NCBI GenBank assembly: GCA_963698505.1 | Contig: CAVORC010000012.1 | Location: 4,590 to 68,589, forward strand | DNA: 64,000 nucleotides | Origin: an uncultured Chloroflexia bacterium | GTDB taxonomy: Bacteria; Chloroflexota; Limnocylindria; Limnocylindrales; CSP1-4 | Reading direction: 5' to 3' | Shown: in pieces, positions 41,612 through 51,049 of the stretch | Position numbering within the stretch: the stretch's first letter is position 1 | How the letters are laid out: each line of letters opens with the position of its first letter | The notes under the pieces: model-generated | Databases searched by the model: none | The model's input: the letters and a program-made list of their open reading frames with translations, nothing else | What the model was told of the DNA's origin: nothing | Program-made: the position numbers and the translations under genes

Positions 41612-42181
41612 ATGACACGAGAGCTCGTCCGGCGAGCGATCGAGGGGGATCACGACGCGTTTTCCAGCCTGGTGGATGCGTCAGTCGACCGCCTTTATGC
41701 CGTGGCCACCCTCATCCTGCGCGACCCGGACCGTGCCCAGGACGCGGTACAGGAGGCACTCGTGTCCGCCTGGAAGGACATCCGCGCCCTCCGTGATCCC
41801 GACGCGTGGGATGCCTGGCTCCACCGCATCACGGTGTGGGCCTGCTACAAGGCGGCAAAGAAGGAGCGTCGACGCAAGACGGTCGAGCTGAAGGTCGTTT
41901 CCGACCCCGAGCGCTCCGTCGCTCCTGACTCAGCCGCTGCGCTGGCGAGCCGCGACCTGATCGAGCGGCAGTTGAACGACCTGCCCATCGACCACCGTGC
42001 GGTCATCGTCCTGCGCTTCTACCTGGACCTGCCTCTCGAGGAGGTGGGTGACATCCTCGATATCCCCGTCGGGACCGTGAAGTCCCGGCTGCATCGGGCC
42101 CTGGCCTCGCTCCGCGAGTCGATGGCCGAACCCGCTGCCGGCATCCCCCCGGTCGGCGCCCTGAAAGACGGCACGGCATGA
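41612..42181 (+). CDS. ECF-subfamily RNA polymerase sigma-70 factor
   Basis: Region 2 (DAFSSLVDASVDRLYAVATLILRDPDRAQDAVQEALVSAWK) and region 4 (DLPIDHRAVIVLRFYLDLPLEEVGDILDIPVGTVKSRLHRAL). Confidence 0.8.
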   Translation: MTRELVRRAIEGDHDAFSSLVDASVDRLYAVATLILRDPDRAQDAVQEALVSAWKDIRALRDPDAWDAWLHRITVWACYKAAKKERRRKTVELKVVSDPERSVAPDSAAALASRDLIERQLNDLPIDHRAVIVLRFYLDLPLEEVGDILDIPVGTVKSRLHRALASLRESMAEPAAGIPPVGALKDGTA

Positions 42182-43527
42182 ACGATGACGCCCGCTTCGA
42201 GCGGCTCTTTGCTGATGGCCTGCACGAGATCGCACCACGGCGTGCGCCCGACCGGCTCCGTACCCAGGTCAAGGCCGAGACCAGCCGTGTGCATCCGCGC
42301 CCACGCTGGCTCGCGCTCATCAAGGAGCCCCCTATGCGAACCAACTCACGACTCGCCGTCGGGTCCCCGACGGCACGAGTGGCGGCCATCGCGGTCGCCA
42401 CGCTGCTGCTCGCCAGCCTGGTCATCGGCGCCAGCTTCGCCGGTGCACGCATCTTCGGTGCCGACGGCCCCATCGTCGTCGACGGCGCCGGCAACGGCGA
42501 CTACACCACCATCACCGAGGCTGTCGCGAATGCCGTCGACGGCGACGAGATCCTCGTCCGCCCCGGCACCTACGTCGAGGCGGTCATCATCGACAAGGAC
42601 ATCACGCTCCGGGGTGATGGACCGCTAGAGGACATCGTCATCACCGCTCCCGAGGACGGGCCCACGGCGCCGCTGCAGGAAGGCACCATCAGCGCCGACC
42701 CCTACGCCCTGCTCGTGCGCGGCACGGACGCGACCATCTCCGGGTTGACCTTCCGCGGCCTTCGCTCGGAGGTCATCCTCGACGGCGGGTCGCCGACGCT
42801 GCGCGACTCCGTGCTCACGGACGTGGGCGTCGCGTACGACGGTGCCGTCGGCGAGAACGTGATCCTCGTGACCAGCGGCGGGACCGCCACGGTCAGCGGG
42901 AACCAGATCCGCAATAGCGGACAGGTCACCGTCATGGCTGATGCGGATCCGACTATCAGCGGCAACACACTGACAGGTGGCGCGCACATCTACCTCGACG
43001 ACCCCGGTACTGCGACGATCATCGAGAAGAACACCATCGACGGCACGTTGATGTGGGCCATCTACCTGGGCGACGATGGCGGAGCCGTGACCATGCGGGA
43101 GAACGTCATCACGAACCCCGCGCAAAACGGCATCCACATTAATGGAGGCCACGCCGACATCGTCGGCAACGAGATTCGAGGTGCCACGAGCGCCGGTATC
43201 GTCGCTGGCCTTGATCCGGTCAACATCGCCGGCAACAGCCTGTGGGACAACCAGGTGGCGATCAGTGGCGCGTCTCGTGAGGGATCGATCGCTGACAACG
43301 TCGTCCGCGGCGGGGGCGCAGGCATCGCACTGCTGGGCGACCTGGAAGTCAGTGGCAACGATGTCGAGGGGGTCACGGCGCGAGGCATCGTCATCCTCCG
43401 TGGCAGCTCATCCATCCTGCGTGACAACCGTTCCTGCGGCAACGGCGAGAACCTCTTCGTGGCCGAGGGTGCCACGCCCGACATCGATGACAGCAACGAG
43501 TTCTGCGAGATCGCGCCCGCCGAATAG
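42178..43527 (+). CDS. Putative anti-sigma factor with a single TM and an extracytoplasmic right-handed parallel beta-helix repeat domain
   Basis: Start overlaps the sigma gene stop (ATGA). N-terminal cytoplasmic segment, then TM (VAAIAVATLLLASLVIGASFAG), then repeated xGNxIxx/ISGN motifs typical of PbH1 beta-helix. Confidence 0.6.
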   Translation: MNDDARFERLFADGLHEIAPRRAPDRLRTQVKAETSRVHPRPRWLALIKEPPMRTNSRLAVGSPTARVAAIAVATLLLASLVIGASFAGARIFGADGPIVVDGAGNGDYTTITEAVANAVDGDEILVRPGTYVEAVIIDKDITLRGDGPLEDIVITAPEDGPTAPLQEGTISADPYALLVRGTDATISGLTFRGLRSEVILDGGSPTLRDSVLTDVGVAYDGAVGENVILVTSGGTATVSGNQIRNSGQVTVMADADPTISGNTLTGGAHIYLDDPGTATIIEKNTIDGTLMWAIYLGDDGGAVTMRENVITNPAQNGIHINGGHADIVGNEIRGATSAGIVAGLDPVNIAGNSLWDNQVAISGASREGSIADNVVRGGGAGIALLGDLEVSGNDVEGVTARGIVILRGSSSILRDNRSCGNGENLFVAEGATPDIDDSNEFCEIAPAE

Positions 43528-43606
43528 CCCGACCCCTCGCGCCCATACACCGGGTCGGCCCGTGCGGCCGGCCCGGTCTACGTGTTCGGCTCGATGAGCC
43601 ATGCCG

Positions 43607-44569
43607 TCAGCGCAGATCGCCTGGCTTTTCTCGCGCCGTAAGGAAGTCACTGTCCTCACCCTCGTCGGGCAGCGTCTCCAGGTGTTGCCTGAATGACTCG
43701 GCCGTCGGCGGATACTCGGGTGGCTCGGCCTCATCGGCAGGCTCGACGTCCATCCGAACGTCCGCGCCCTGGGACGGCTGCCACTCCACGTCCGCGCCCG
43801 GCCCCTCGGCACAGTCGCAGCGGGCGACGTAGAACTCGTAGCCGTAGGTGTCGGCGTACTGGCGACGGATGCGGTGCTCTGCCACGGTGGCATCGATGAC
43901 CGCCAGCGCCGCCTCATCTCCCGCGTACTGCTCACGGAGCGCCGGGATACGTGCCTCGAGCGGCGCCTGGTAGTGCGTCCACCACGACTCGTCGGGCAGG
44001 GTGAGATGCCCGACGATCTCGAACCCGGCCGCCCGGATCCGCTCGAGGTTGCCCTCGATGTCGCGCATGTCGGGGTACTCAGCGGCCCAGAAGTCGCGTA
44101 CCTCGGCCGGCGGATCGGGCACCAGCCAGGTGGCCTCGCTCACGACGATGTAGCCACCCGGTCGGAGGAACGCACGCCAGGCCTTGAAGGCCTCGCCGAT
44201 GCCGATGATGTAGGCGGCTCCCTCCGACCAGATCAGGTCGAACGAGTCGGCCCCGAAGGGCAGGTCGGCCATGTCGCCGCGCATGACGTGGATGCGGTCG
44301 CGCACGCCGGCTGCCTCGGCACGTTCGCGCAGCTGGTCCAGGAAGGGCTCGTGCATGTCGACCGCGGTGACGGTGCCGCCAGTCGCGGTCGCCAATGTCA
44401 CCGTCTGCATGCCCGGACCGCAGCCGACGTCGAGGATATCCGGCTTGTCGGGCAGCTCGGCGCACATGGCCAGCGCGCGCAGGGTCGACTCGTCATCGCC
44501 GGGACCCTCACGCGGCAGGTCACGATGCAGCTCGAAGAAGACGTCCGGAAGGCGCTCGCTCTCAGCCAT
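43607..44569 (-). CDS. Class I SAM-dependent methyltransferase
   Basis: Motif I ILDVGCGPGMQTV, with acidic post-I residues (VDMHE) and motif II (DLIWSEGAAY). Confidence 0.75.
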   Translation of the reverse strand: MAESERLPDVFFELHRDLPREGPGDDESTLRALAMCAELPDKPDILDVGCGPGMQTVTLATATGGTVTAVDMHEPFLDQLRERAEAAGVRDRIHVMRGDMADLPFGADSFDLIWSEGAAYIIGIGEAFKAWRAFLRPGGYIVVSEATWLVPDPPAEVRDFWAAEYPDMRDIEGNLERIRAAGFEIVGHLTLPDESWWTHYQAPLEARIPALREQYAGDEAALAVIDATVAEHRIRRQYADTYGYEFYVARCDCAEGPGADVEWQPSQGADVRMDVEPADEAEPPEYPPTAESFRQHLETLPDEGEDSDFLTAREKPGDLR

Positions 44570-44724
44570 ACGGGCAAGAGGGTAGCGAGCGGGCGCTAGC
44601 TGGACAGGGCCGTCCGGCCCGGATCCGGCCGGATCCTTCGATGCAACCATTCGCGCGCGGCCGTCCTCGGCATGGGCATCGAGAACTGCATGGAGGACGC
44701 GACGGCGCGCATCCGATGGGCCAG

Positions 44725-45615
44725 CTATGACCCCATCAGGCCAAGCACTGTCACGATGGCATCGCGCCATTCGTCGAATGCCGGACCCCACGCCGAGCCA
44801 CGAGCGGTGAGATCCGGGCGCGGCAGCGCGGCGGCGTCCAGATCGGCCATCGCTGCTGCTGCCACGACTCGCGTCTCGACGAGCCGTACGCTATCCACTG
44901 CGCTTTGGGTGGTCTCGTCGACCGACGCCACCTGCCGTACGATGTGCCACCTCGACGTCCAGTCGACGCTCGGCACCCCTTCGGGCTCAAGGAGGTCTCG
45001 AAGCGGCGACGATCGGTCGAGCGCCACTCGATCTTCCCTGCCGACCCGAGTCTTGATGACGATACCGGCAAGGCTCATGTCCGACACCGCGATCGACACG
45101 TTCTTCTTGGTGAACCGAGTGCGCCTGGTGAGATCGGAGAGTGACACTGGAACAGGCGGAGTCGTCAGCAGCACTGCGAGGACGTCTGAGCGGGCGTTGA
45201 CGCCGAAGGCTGAACGCACTCGCCAGACGATCCGGCCGGGTGCCGAGAGGTCGTGGACGATCGTCTTTCGGCGCGGTCTCGTCGGCGGTCGCGGCGCCGC
45301 GAGGGGCGAGTTGTGACCGCCGGAACCGGCAACATCACCTGCGAAGGCCTGGAGAGCCGGTGCGCCGACTTCCAACTCGCGGGCGACGTTCCGCAGGCGT
45401 CCGAGGTGGACCATCCTGCCATGCGAGACGCACCAGTTCACCGCAGCTTCATACACACGAGCGTCGATCGCTCTCTGGTCGGCGGTGAGGGCGACCAGTG
45501 CCTCGATATCGATCGGCGTCCGATCCTCGACGCCCTCGATCTGCGCCCCGAGCGCGACCCATTGTGCCGCGATGCGATCTACCGCCGCTGATGTGATCGA
45601 CTCCCGCCTAGCCAT
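44725..45615 (-). CDS. Hypothetical protein (possible C-terminal winged-helix), unknown function
   Basis: 296 aa, complete ORF with no motif recognisable by eye. A sigma-70-like promoter lies upstream. Confidence 0.4.
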   Translation of the reverse strand: MARRESITSAAVDRIAAQWVALGAQIEGVEDRTPIDIEALVALTADQRAIDARVYEAAVNWCVSHGRMVHLGRLRNVARELEVGAPALQAFAGDVAGSGGHNSPLAAPRPPTRPRRKTIVHDLSAPGRIVWRVRSAFGVNARSDVLAVLLTTPPVPVSLSDLTRRTRFTKKNVSIAVSDMSLAGIVIKTRVGREDRVALDRSSPLRDLLEPEGVPSVDWTSRWHIVRQVASVDETTQSAVDSVRLVETRVVAAAAMADLDAAALPRPDLTARGSAWGPAFDEWRDAIVTVLGLMGS

Positions 45616-45684
45616 CGGACGCCTCCACATCGAGATGCCTCAGGGCGTCGCGCATCACCTGTTCGAAGGCTGGCGACGGGCCTC

Positions 45685-45712
45685 ATTCTGGAGACTCCCT
45701 CGTGAAAGTCAA
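45685..45712 (-). promoter_or_regulatory. Candidate sigma-70-type promoter (TTGACT - 16 bp - CAGAAT) for the 44725..45615 gene, inside a locally AT-richer segment
   Basis: On the minus strand, -35 TTGACT is at about 45707-45712 and -10 CAGAAT at about 45685-45690. Confidence 0.3.
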
Positions 45713-45956
45713 CTACTTGAAGCGCAGAATTCACTTACACGACCTGATCGAGTCGCCGCGTGTGCCAACTCGACCCGATCTCGGCCCGCATGGCAGCCGT
45801 GGTGCTCCCAGCGTGCCGGATCGGCAGCGTCGCACGCGCCACGTTCCTGTTTGACGAGTCCCGTCGCGAACGCGTCACGTTGGACCACCCGGCGTTCCCT
45901 GCGGTGGACGACCGCTGACCTCGCCTGTCGTCGAGGCCGGCGAGGGCGGGCCGAGT

Positions 45957-46793
45957 TCAGTCCGAGTCTCGCTGATGGCCCCAGGCGTCGCCCTCGGCGA
46001 TGGCTTCGGCTAGGACGGCGCCAAGCCAGCGATAGGTCCATTCCTCGGCCAGTGGGCGCGTCTCGGTGAAGACGATGGGCGTCTCGGGGTAGCGCACCTG
46101 CACCCGGGCGAGCAGGTCGGGCAGGAAGCCGGCAGGCGCGTGCGCCAGCGTGAGCAACGACGCGTAGCGCTCCTCCACCACCAGTGCTGAGCGAGGCACG
46201 CTCGCGAGCTTGGCCAGCTCGAACGTCAGCGAGCCGTTGTTGAGGCTGCCGGCGAGGTCGTCGATGGTCTTGCGCTCGACCGCGGCCACGATGCGACCGT
46301 CTGCGTCACGCACCGCGTAGTCACCGGCGGGCAGCGCCTCACGCTCGGTCTGGGCCTGCTGCCTGGCGAAGCGGTAGGGGTAGCGCTCGCGGGTGTCGAC
46401 CAGGATGGTGATGGGGCCGGGCAGGTCACTGATGCGGCGCCCGGGGATGCGCGCGCCCGGCCGAGCCGTCGAGGCCACCTTGCGGGTCTGCCAGAAGATG
46501 CCCTCCCGGCCACCGGCGATGCGGGTGAACACGAACTGGGAGCGGAACTCGCGCTTGCGGTCCAGCAGCAGGTCCACGGCGACCCCGCGCCGACGGCACT
46601 CGATGACCGGCACATCCTCGACGATCTCCGCATCCTCGGGCCAGACGTCCAGCCGGTGGCAGTAGACGCGGCTCGTGCTCGGCCACCGGTCACGTGCCTT
46701 GAGCGCGAGGCCATCGCCGACGGGCACGAGCAGCAGATACGGCAGCGTGCTGTCGGGATCGGGGTTGCGCGCCACGATGAAGTGCCGGTTCAT
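45957..46793 (-). CDS. ERCC4-domain (XPF/Mus81/Hef-type) nuclease-like protein
   Basis: Core ERCC4 motif ILVDTRERYPY ... GDYAV ... VERKTIDDLAGSL (the GDxn-ERKxxxD pattern). The N-terminal 110 aa are unassigned. Confidence 0.6.
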   Translation of the reverse strand: MNRHFIVARNPDPDSTLPYLLLVPVGDGLALKARDRWPSTSRVYCHRLDVWPEDAEIVEDVPVIECRRRGVAVDLLLDRKREFRSQFVFTRIAGGREGIFWQTRKVASTARPGARIPGRRISDLPGPITILVDTRERYPYRFARQQAQTEREALPAGDYAVRDADGRIVAAVERKTIDDLAGSLNNGSLTFELAKLASVPRSALVVEERYASLLTLAHAPAGFLPDLLARVQVRYPETPIVFTETRPLAEEWTYRWLGAVLAEAIAEGDAWGHQRDSD

Positions 46794-46817
46794 GGGCGCA
46801 TGGTGCCACGAGCCTCG

Positions 46818-47129
46818 CTACGGCCGGCCGAAGATCTCGTGCCCGCCGATGCGCCGCCAACGAATGGCCAGTTCGCCGTCGATCTCGACCCACTCGAAGG
46901 TGGCGCGTCCGTCGGGGCCGGCGAAGCTCCACGTCATCTCCCACACGCCCGGCATCCCCTGGACCCGCTTGACCCTGAGGCTGCGGGGCCACGGTGCCGC
47001 CGGGTCGACCCGATGCCGCTCACACGCAGGGTGGAAGCTCCTGCGGACGACCTCTTCGAACAGCGTGCGTTCGCTCGCCGACAGCCGCGCCCAGTCGGCT
47101 CCGAATGAGGCGATCCAGTCGAACTTCAC
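46818..47129 (-). CDS. Putative toxin of a type II TA pair (possibly RelE/ParE-superfamily, YhaV-like)
   Basis: 103 aa, overlaps the upstream antitoxin gene by 4 bp. C-terminal WEMTWSFAGPDGRATFEWVEIDGELAIRWRRIGGHEIF resembles the RelE-fold C-terminus. Confidence 0.4.
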   Translation of the reverse strand: MKFDWIASFGADWARLSASERTLFEEVVRRSFHPACERHRVDPAAPWPRSLRVKRVQGMPGVWEMTWSFAGPDGRATFEWVEIDGELAIRWRRIGGHEIFGRP

Positions 47130-47422
47130 TCGTGGCGCGTGCGCTCGAGTTGCTCGAAGAAGTCATCGATATCCACGGCCCTGTTGACCCGGCCCGCAGC
47201 GATGTCCTCGTCCGCCTCGCGCTCCATGGCCTGCCAGCGCTCCGTCCAGAACCAGCGCTGGTCGGCCGGGATGGGCAGCATCGGCAGCAGCTCCACCGTG
47301 CCATCCTCATGCTCGATGATCTGCACCTGCGCACCGGGCTCGTCGAGATGCAGGCGGCGGCGCAGGTCGGCGGGCAGGGCGATGGTCCCGCGGGACTGGA
47401 CCGAGACGTGGTAGCTCTTCAT
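47126..47422 (-). CDS. AbrB/MazE/SpoVT-family antitoxin (PrlF/MazE-like)
   Basis: Swapped-hairpin DNA-binding motif HVSVQSRGTIALPADLRRRLHLDEPGAQVQIIE, followed by an acidic C-terminal tail. Confidence 0.6.
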   Translation of the reverse strand: MKSYHVSVQSRGTIALPADLRRRLHLDEPGAQVQIIEHEDGTVELLPMLPIPADQRWFWTERWQAMEREADEDIAAGRVNRAVDIDDFFEQLERTRHE

Positions 47423-47474
47423 GACGAAGGTCATGCTAGCGCTAGGACAGCATTACAGCAATACAGTAATGCGG

Positions 47475-48137
47475 CTACTCGAGGCCCCAGAACGGGCCGG
47501 TGAGGCCCACCGAGCGGAAGTACTCGAGGGCGTGGGATGGGTCGCGTCGCTCGTAGCCGGTCTCCAGGCGCCCCTCGTACCAACGCGAGGCCAGGCGCCA
47601 GAGCGTCGCCAGGTCCATCACGTAGCCAGGCTCCGCGGCGAGCGACTCGGTCCAGCGCTGGACGCACTCGACGCTGCAGAAGAGGCGCTGGTTGTTGCAG
47701 GTGTGGACGACGTCGTCCCAGCACTGCGCCATGGGCACCAGGAAGTGCGCCACCTCGTCGCCGAGCGGCGGCGCCTCGCGGTTGACGACCCAGGCCAGCG
47801 GCTTGCCGCAGCCAGGGCACTGGGTGGCCACCAGCACCTCGGGATCGTCCGGTACCAGGTGTGGGATGGCGAACGAATCCCAGGCACAGCCGCCCCACCA
47901 CAGCGTGTCGCGGCCCATCACGCTGAAGCCGAGCGGGATGGAGGCGAACGGGTGCGCCATCACGACCTGGTCACCACGCAGGACGAGATGACGCGCGATC
48001 GACAGCGAGTGCAGGGACTCGCGCACCGCGTCGGCGCTCAGGGCCAGCTCGACGGCCATCTCCTCGACGCTCGGTGGCCGGCCGTCGGCGACGTAGCCCC
48101 GGTAGACCGCGAGGCGAACAGCTTCATCGTGGTTCAT
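47475..48137 (-). CDS. Alkylmercury lyase (MerB)-family protein with an N-terminal HTH
   Basis: 220 aa. Layout and motifs (LAVYRGYVADGRPPSVEEMA...CAWDSFAIPHLV...HFLVPMAQCWDDVVHTCNNQRLFCSVECVQRWT...GLTGPFWGL) resemble the actinobacterial MerB-like family. Confidence 0.55.
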   Translation of the reverse strand: MNHDEAVRLAVYRGYVADGRPPSVEEMAVELALSADAVRESLHSLSIARHLVLRGDQVVMAHPFASIPLGFSVMGRDTLWWGGCAWDSFAIPHLVPDDPEVLVATQCPGCGKPLAWVVNREAPPLGDEVAHFLVPMAQCWDDVVHTCNNQRLFCSVECVQRWTESLAAEPGYVMDLATLWRLASRWYEGRLETGYERRDPSHALEYFRSVGLTGPFWGLE

Positions 48138-48152
48138 GGCGTCACTCCTCGG

Positions 48153-48524
48153 TCAGTCGTCAGCGGGGGAGGCGGCCAGTGGCTTGGAGGCCTGCGTCTC
48201 GCGTCCTGATGATGCCGTAGCGGTCGTCCGACGTGCTCGGTGCTTGCGTCCGGGCCGGCGGAACTCGATCACCAGCTCGGTGCCGGTCGCCGACGCGATG
48301 CGCTTGAGCATCTTCACGCTCGGGTTCTGCCGGCCGGATTCGAGCCGCGCCACCGTCGACTGCGGCATCCCGACCAGCGCACCGAACTCGGCCTGGGTCA
48401 GGTCGAGATCGGCCCGGAGGTTTCCGATCTGGAGCGAGAGATCGCGAAACGGGAACTCGCGCTCCAATGCCTCTCGGAACCCGGGCCGGGCGAGCAACTC
48501 CTCCCGGATCTCCGTCCACCTCAT
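48153..48524 (-). CDS. higA: HigA-like XRE-family HTH antitoxin
   Basis: HTH LTQAEFGALVGMPQSTVARLESGRQNPSVKMLKRIASATG. Located directly downstream of, and overlapping by 4 bp, the HigB-like toxin gene. Confidence 0.65.
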   Translation of the reverse strand: MRWTEIREELLARPGFREALEREFPFRDLSLQIGNLRADLDLTQAEFGALVGMPQSTVARLESGRQNPSVKMLKRIASATGTELVIEFRRPGRKHRARRTTATASSGRETQASKPLAASPADD

Positions 48525-48862
48525 CGGTTCTCCTCCAATCGACGGCGCCATCGATGTACTGACCGCTCGGCCGCTCGCAGCCGTGACATCCTCAGCTTGC
48601 GGGACCTCTTGACCAGCACGGCCCCGACCGCGAGCATCGTCGTGCCCGGGACAAGACAGAAGAACGCACGCGAGTCGCCGAACCTGAGCTCCCAGAGGTC
48701 GAGTGACACAAGCTTCCTGGCGCCTTGTGCGCGTGTGCCCTGTCTTGACAGCCGATCGAGCGCGTCGAAGAACCTCACCAGTTCACGCGAGTCGCGGCTT
48801 CGCTCGATCTGTTCGAGCACCTCAGGTGCCACGCGGACGTCGTAGGCGTCGTGCCGGGTCAT
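48521..48862 (-). CDS. higB: HigB-like toxin (RelE/ParE superfamily, Gp49/DUF891-type)
   Basis: GARKLVSLDLWELRFGDSRAFFCLVPGTTMLAVGAVLVKRSRKL...AAERSVHRW matches the conserved HigB-2/Gp49 core. The toxin-first gene order is typical of higBA. Confidence 0.6.
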   Translation of the reverse strand: MTRHDAYDVRVAPEVLEQIERSRDSRELVRFFDALDRLSRQGTRAQGARKLVSLDLWELRFGDSRAFFCLVPGTTMLAVGAVLVKRSRKLRMSRLRAAERSVHRWRRRLEENR

Positions 48863-48901
48863 GCCGACGGCAAGAAATATAGCACCGATGCTATAGCGCG
48901 A

Positions 48902-49558
48902 CTAGTTGACGGGTGGGCGACTGCGCAGGGACCGAGGTACGCCGACGGCGTGGCTCAGGTGGCCGTCGACGAGGGCGAAGGGCGGCAGCTCCAGCGCGTT
49001 CATGTCCACCGCGGCGAACTCCTCCAGCAGGTAGAGGGCGAACTCGCGCTCGACGTCGAGGGGCAGGCAGATGAGGATGTCCCGCATCGGCGCCAGCACC
49101 AGGCCGTTGCGCTCGCCCAGCACCTGCACCAGCTCGTCCGGCAGCAGGAGGAGCGAGGAGGCCCAGCCCTCGCGCGACTGGAAGGCGATGGTGGGGACAT
49201 CGGCGATGCGCTCGCAGATGAGCGCGAACTGCCTGCGGGCGGCGACCCTGGCACGGACGTTCTCCAGCGCCTGTTCGAAGGCGTCCTCGGGTGTGACGCC
49301 CCAGGCCGCGAGCTGCTCGTGCGCCACGAAGAGCATGGCGGGCCCGATGTCCAGGCCCAGGACGACGCGGATGCCCGGGCTGAACTCGCGTGTCGGCAGC
49401 TCGGCGGCGTCGACCGGCAGGGGGCGACGGCGGGGGAGGGCAAGGCGCAACCTGGGGGCCACCTCCGGCCAGGGGGCGGCGAGATCGACCGCTTCGATGG
49501 CGGCCACCACCTCCTCGACGGACGCGGTGGTGACGGCCGGCTCGTCCATGCTGCTCAT
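48902..49558 (-). CDS. Hypothetical protein
   Basis: 218 aa complete ORF, no recognisable motifs. Confidence 0.4.
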   Translation of the reverse strand: MSSMDEPAVTTASVEEVVAAIEAVDLAAPWPEVAPRLRLALPRRRPLPVDAAELPTREFSPGIRVVLGLDIGPAMLFVAHEQLAAWGVTPEDAFEQALENVRARVAARRQFALICERIADVPTIAFQSREGWASSLLLLPDELVQVLGERNGLVLAPMRDILICLPLDVEREFALYLLEEFAAVDMNALELPPFALVDGHLSHAVGVPRSLRSRPPVN

Positions 49559-49657
49559 GGCACCACGATGACCAGCGCGCCTTGGTACGGGCTGGCTGCC
49601 GGCTTATCGAGGCGTTTCGGCCCGCGGCGCGACCGTGGATAGGCCTAGCATCAGCCG

Positions 49658-50812
49658 GTGACCTCCAGCCACGCGTCGGCGCCGCAGGTTCGGCGTGCCT
49701 ACGTCAACCAGGCCGCCATCAGCTCCAGCTTCTACCTCGTCGGTGCAGTCGCCGCCTTCATCGCGGTCAGCCTGCAGCTGTCGGAGACCGAGACCGGGCT
49801 GCACTCATCGGCCATGGCCATCGGCATCGTGGTGTCAGGGCTGGCCGGCGAGCGGGTCGATGGTCGGTTCGGTGCTCACAGGGCCCATCTCGGCGCGATG
49901 GCCGTGCTGGCCGGCTCGCTGCTGCTGCTGGCATGGGCGCCCTCGCTGTGGGCCACGCTCGGCGGCGCGCTGGGGATCGGGCTCGGTGCCGGCATGATGT
50001 TCGTGCACGTGAACAGCACGCTGGGCATGGGCGGCGGGGTGACCGCGCGCGTGCAGCTGGCGCGGGCGGCCTTCGTGGCCAAGGCCTCGCAGCTGCCGGT
50101 GCCACTCGTCATCACGTTCGGCATCGCCATCGGTGTCGGCTGGTCGTTCGTCATCCTGCCGGTGCTGCTGCTCCTGGGCGCCATCGTCGTGATGAGCCGG
50201 TCGTCGGGCGAGGAGGTGCCGTTTCACGATGAAGCGGGCCGGTTGCCGTGGGCCTTCTGGCTGCCGTGGCTGATGACGGTGTCGATCATCTCGATGGAGT
50301 TCTGCATCGTCTTCTGGGGCAGCACCATCGTGGGACGCCAGGCCGGCGTCTCGCTGGAGGATGCGACGCTCACGATCAGCGCCTTCATCGCGGGCATGAT
50401 GGCGGCCCGAGGTGTGCTCTCGTTCCACGCCATGGGCCGGCTCGATCCGATGCGCGTCATCCGCTTCGGCGCCTTCATCACCATCGTGGCGGTGCTGGTG
50501 CCCTGGGTTTCCGGCGAGCTGCTGGTGAGTGGCGCAGGCATGATGGCTGCCGGGTTCGGCATCGGTATCCAGTTCCCACCGGCCGCCTCGATCACCCTGG
50601 GAGCGGTGCCGGGACGCGCGACGGCGGCCGCCTCGCGTCTGACGCTGGCCGCGGGGATCGCGATCCTGGTGGCGCCCTTCGTGCTGGGCGTGCTGGCCGA
50701 CCTCATCGGCATCACCGCTGGCTGGCTGCTGGTACCCATCATCTGCGTCTGGGTCATCGCCCTGACGGTGCCGGTCGAGCGCGCCCGCCAGGCTCGGGCG
50801 GTCAGCGCGTGA
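49658..50812 (+). CDS. MFS transporter
   Basis: 384 aa, about 11-12 TM, with MFS motif A-like GERVDGRFG between TM2 and TM3. Confidence 0.7.
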   Translation: MTSSHASAPQVRRAYVNQAAISSSFYLVGAVAAFIAVSLQLSETETGLHSSAMAIGIVVSGLAGERVDGRFGAHRAHLGAMAVLAGSLLLLAWAPSLWATLGGALGIGLGAGMMFVHVNSTLGMGGGVTARVQLARAAFVAKASQLPVPLVITFGIAIGVGWSFVILPVLLLLGAIVVMSRSSGEEVPFHDEAGRLPWAFWLPWLMTVSIISMEFCIVFWGSTIVGRQAGVSLEDATLTISAFIAGMMAARGVLSFHAMGRLDPMRVIRFGAFITIVAVLVPWVSGELLVSGAGMMAAGFGIGIQFPPAASITLGAVPGRATAAASRLTLAAGIAILVAPFVLGVLADLIGITAGWLLVPIICVWVIALTVPVERARQARAVSA

Positions 50813-51049
50813 TGCTGTCGTCGAGCGTGGTCGAGATCTCCGCCACCACACCGGCCAGACGGTCGCGGAGTTGACCGTAGCCGGCCAAGGGCACCTCCCA
50901 GGCCGGCCCCGGACCTTTGCGTACTGCTGCCAAGCTAGGAGTGCGACCAAGCTAGCAACAAGACCCAGGACCACCATCGCTTCCAGGAGCGCCTGGGGAC
51001 GTCGACGGACGTCCGTCGCTCTCATTGAAGCTGTAGACAAGGGTTGACG

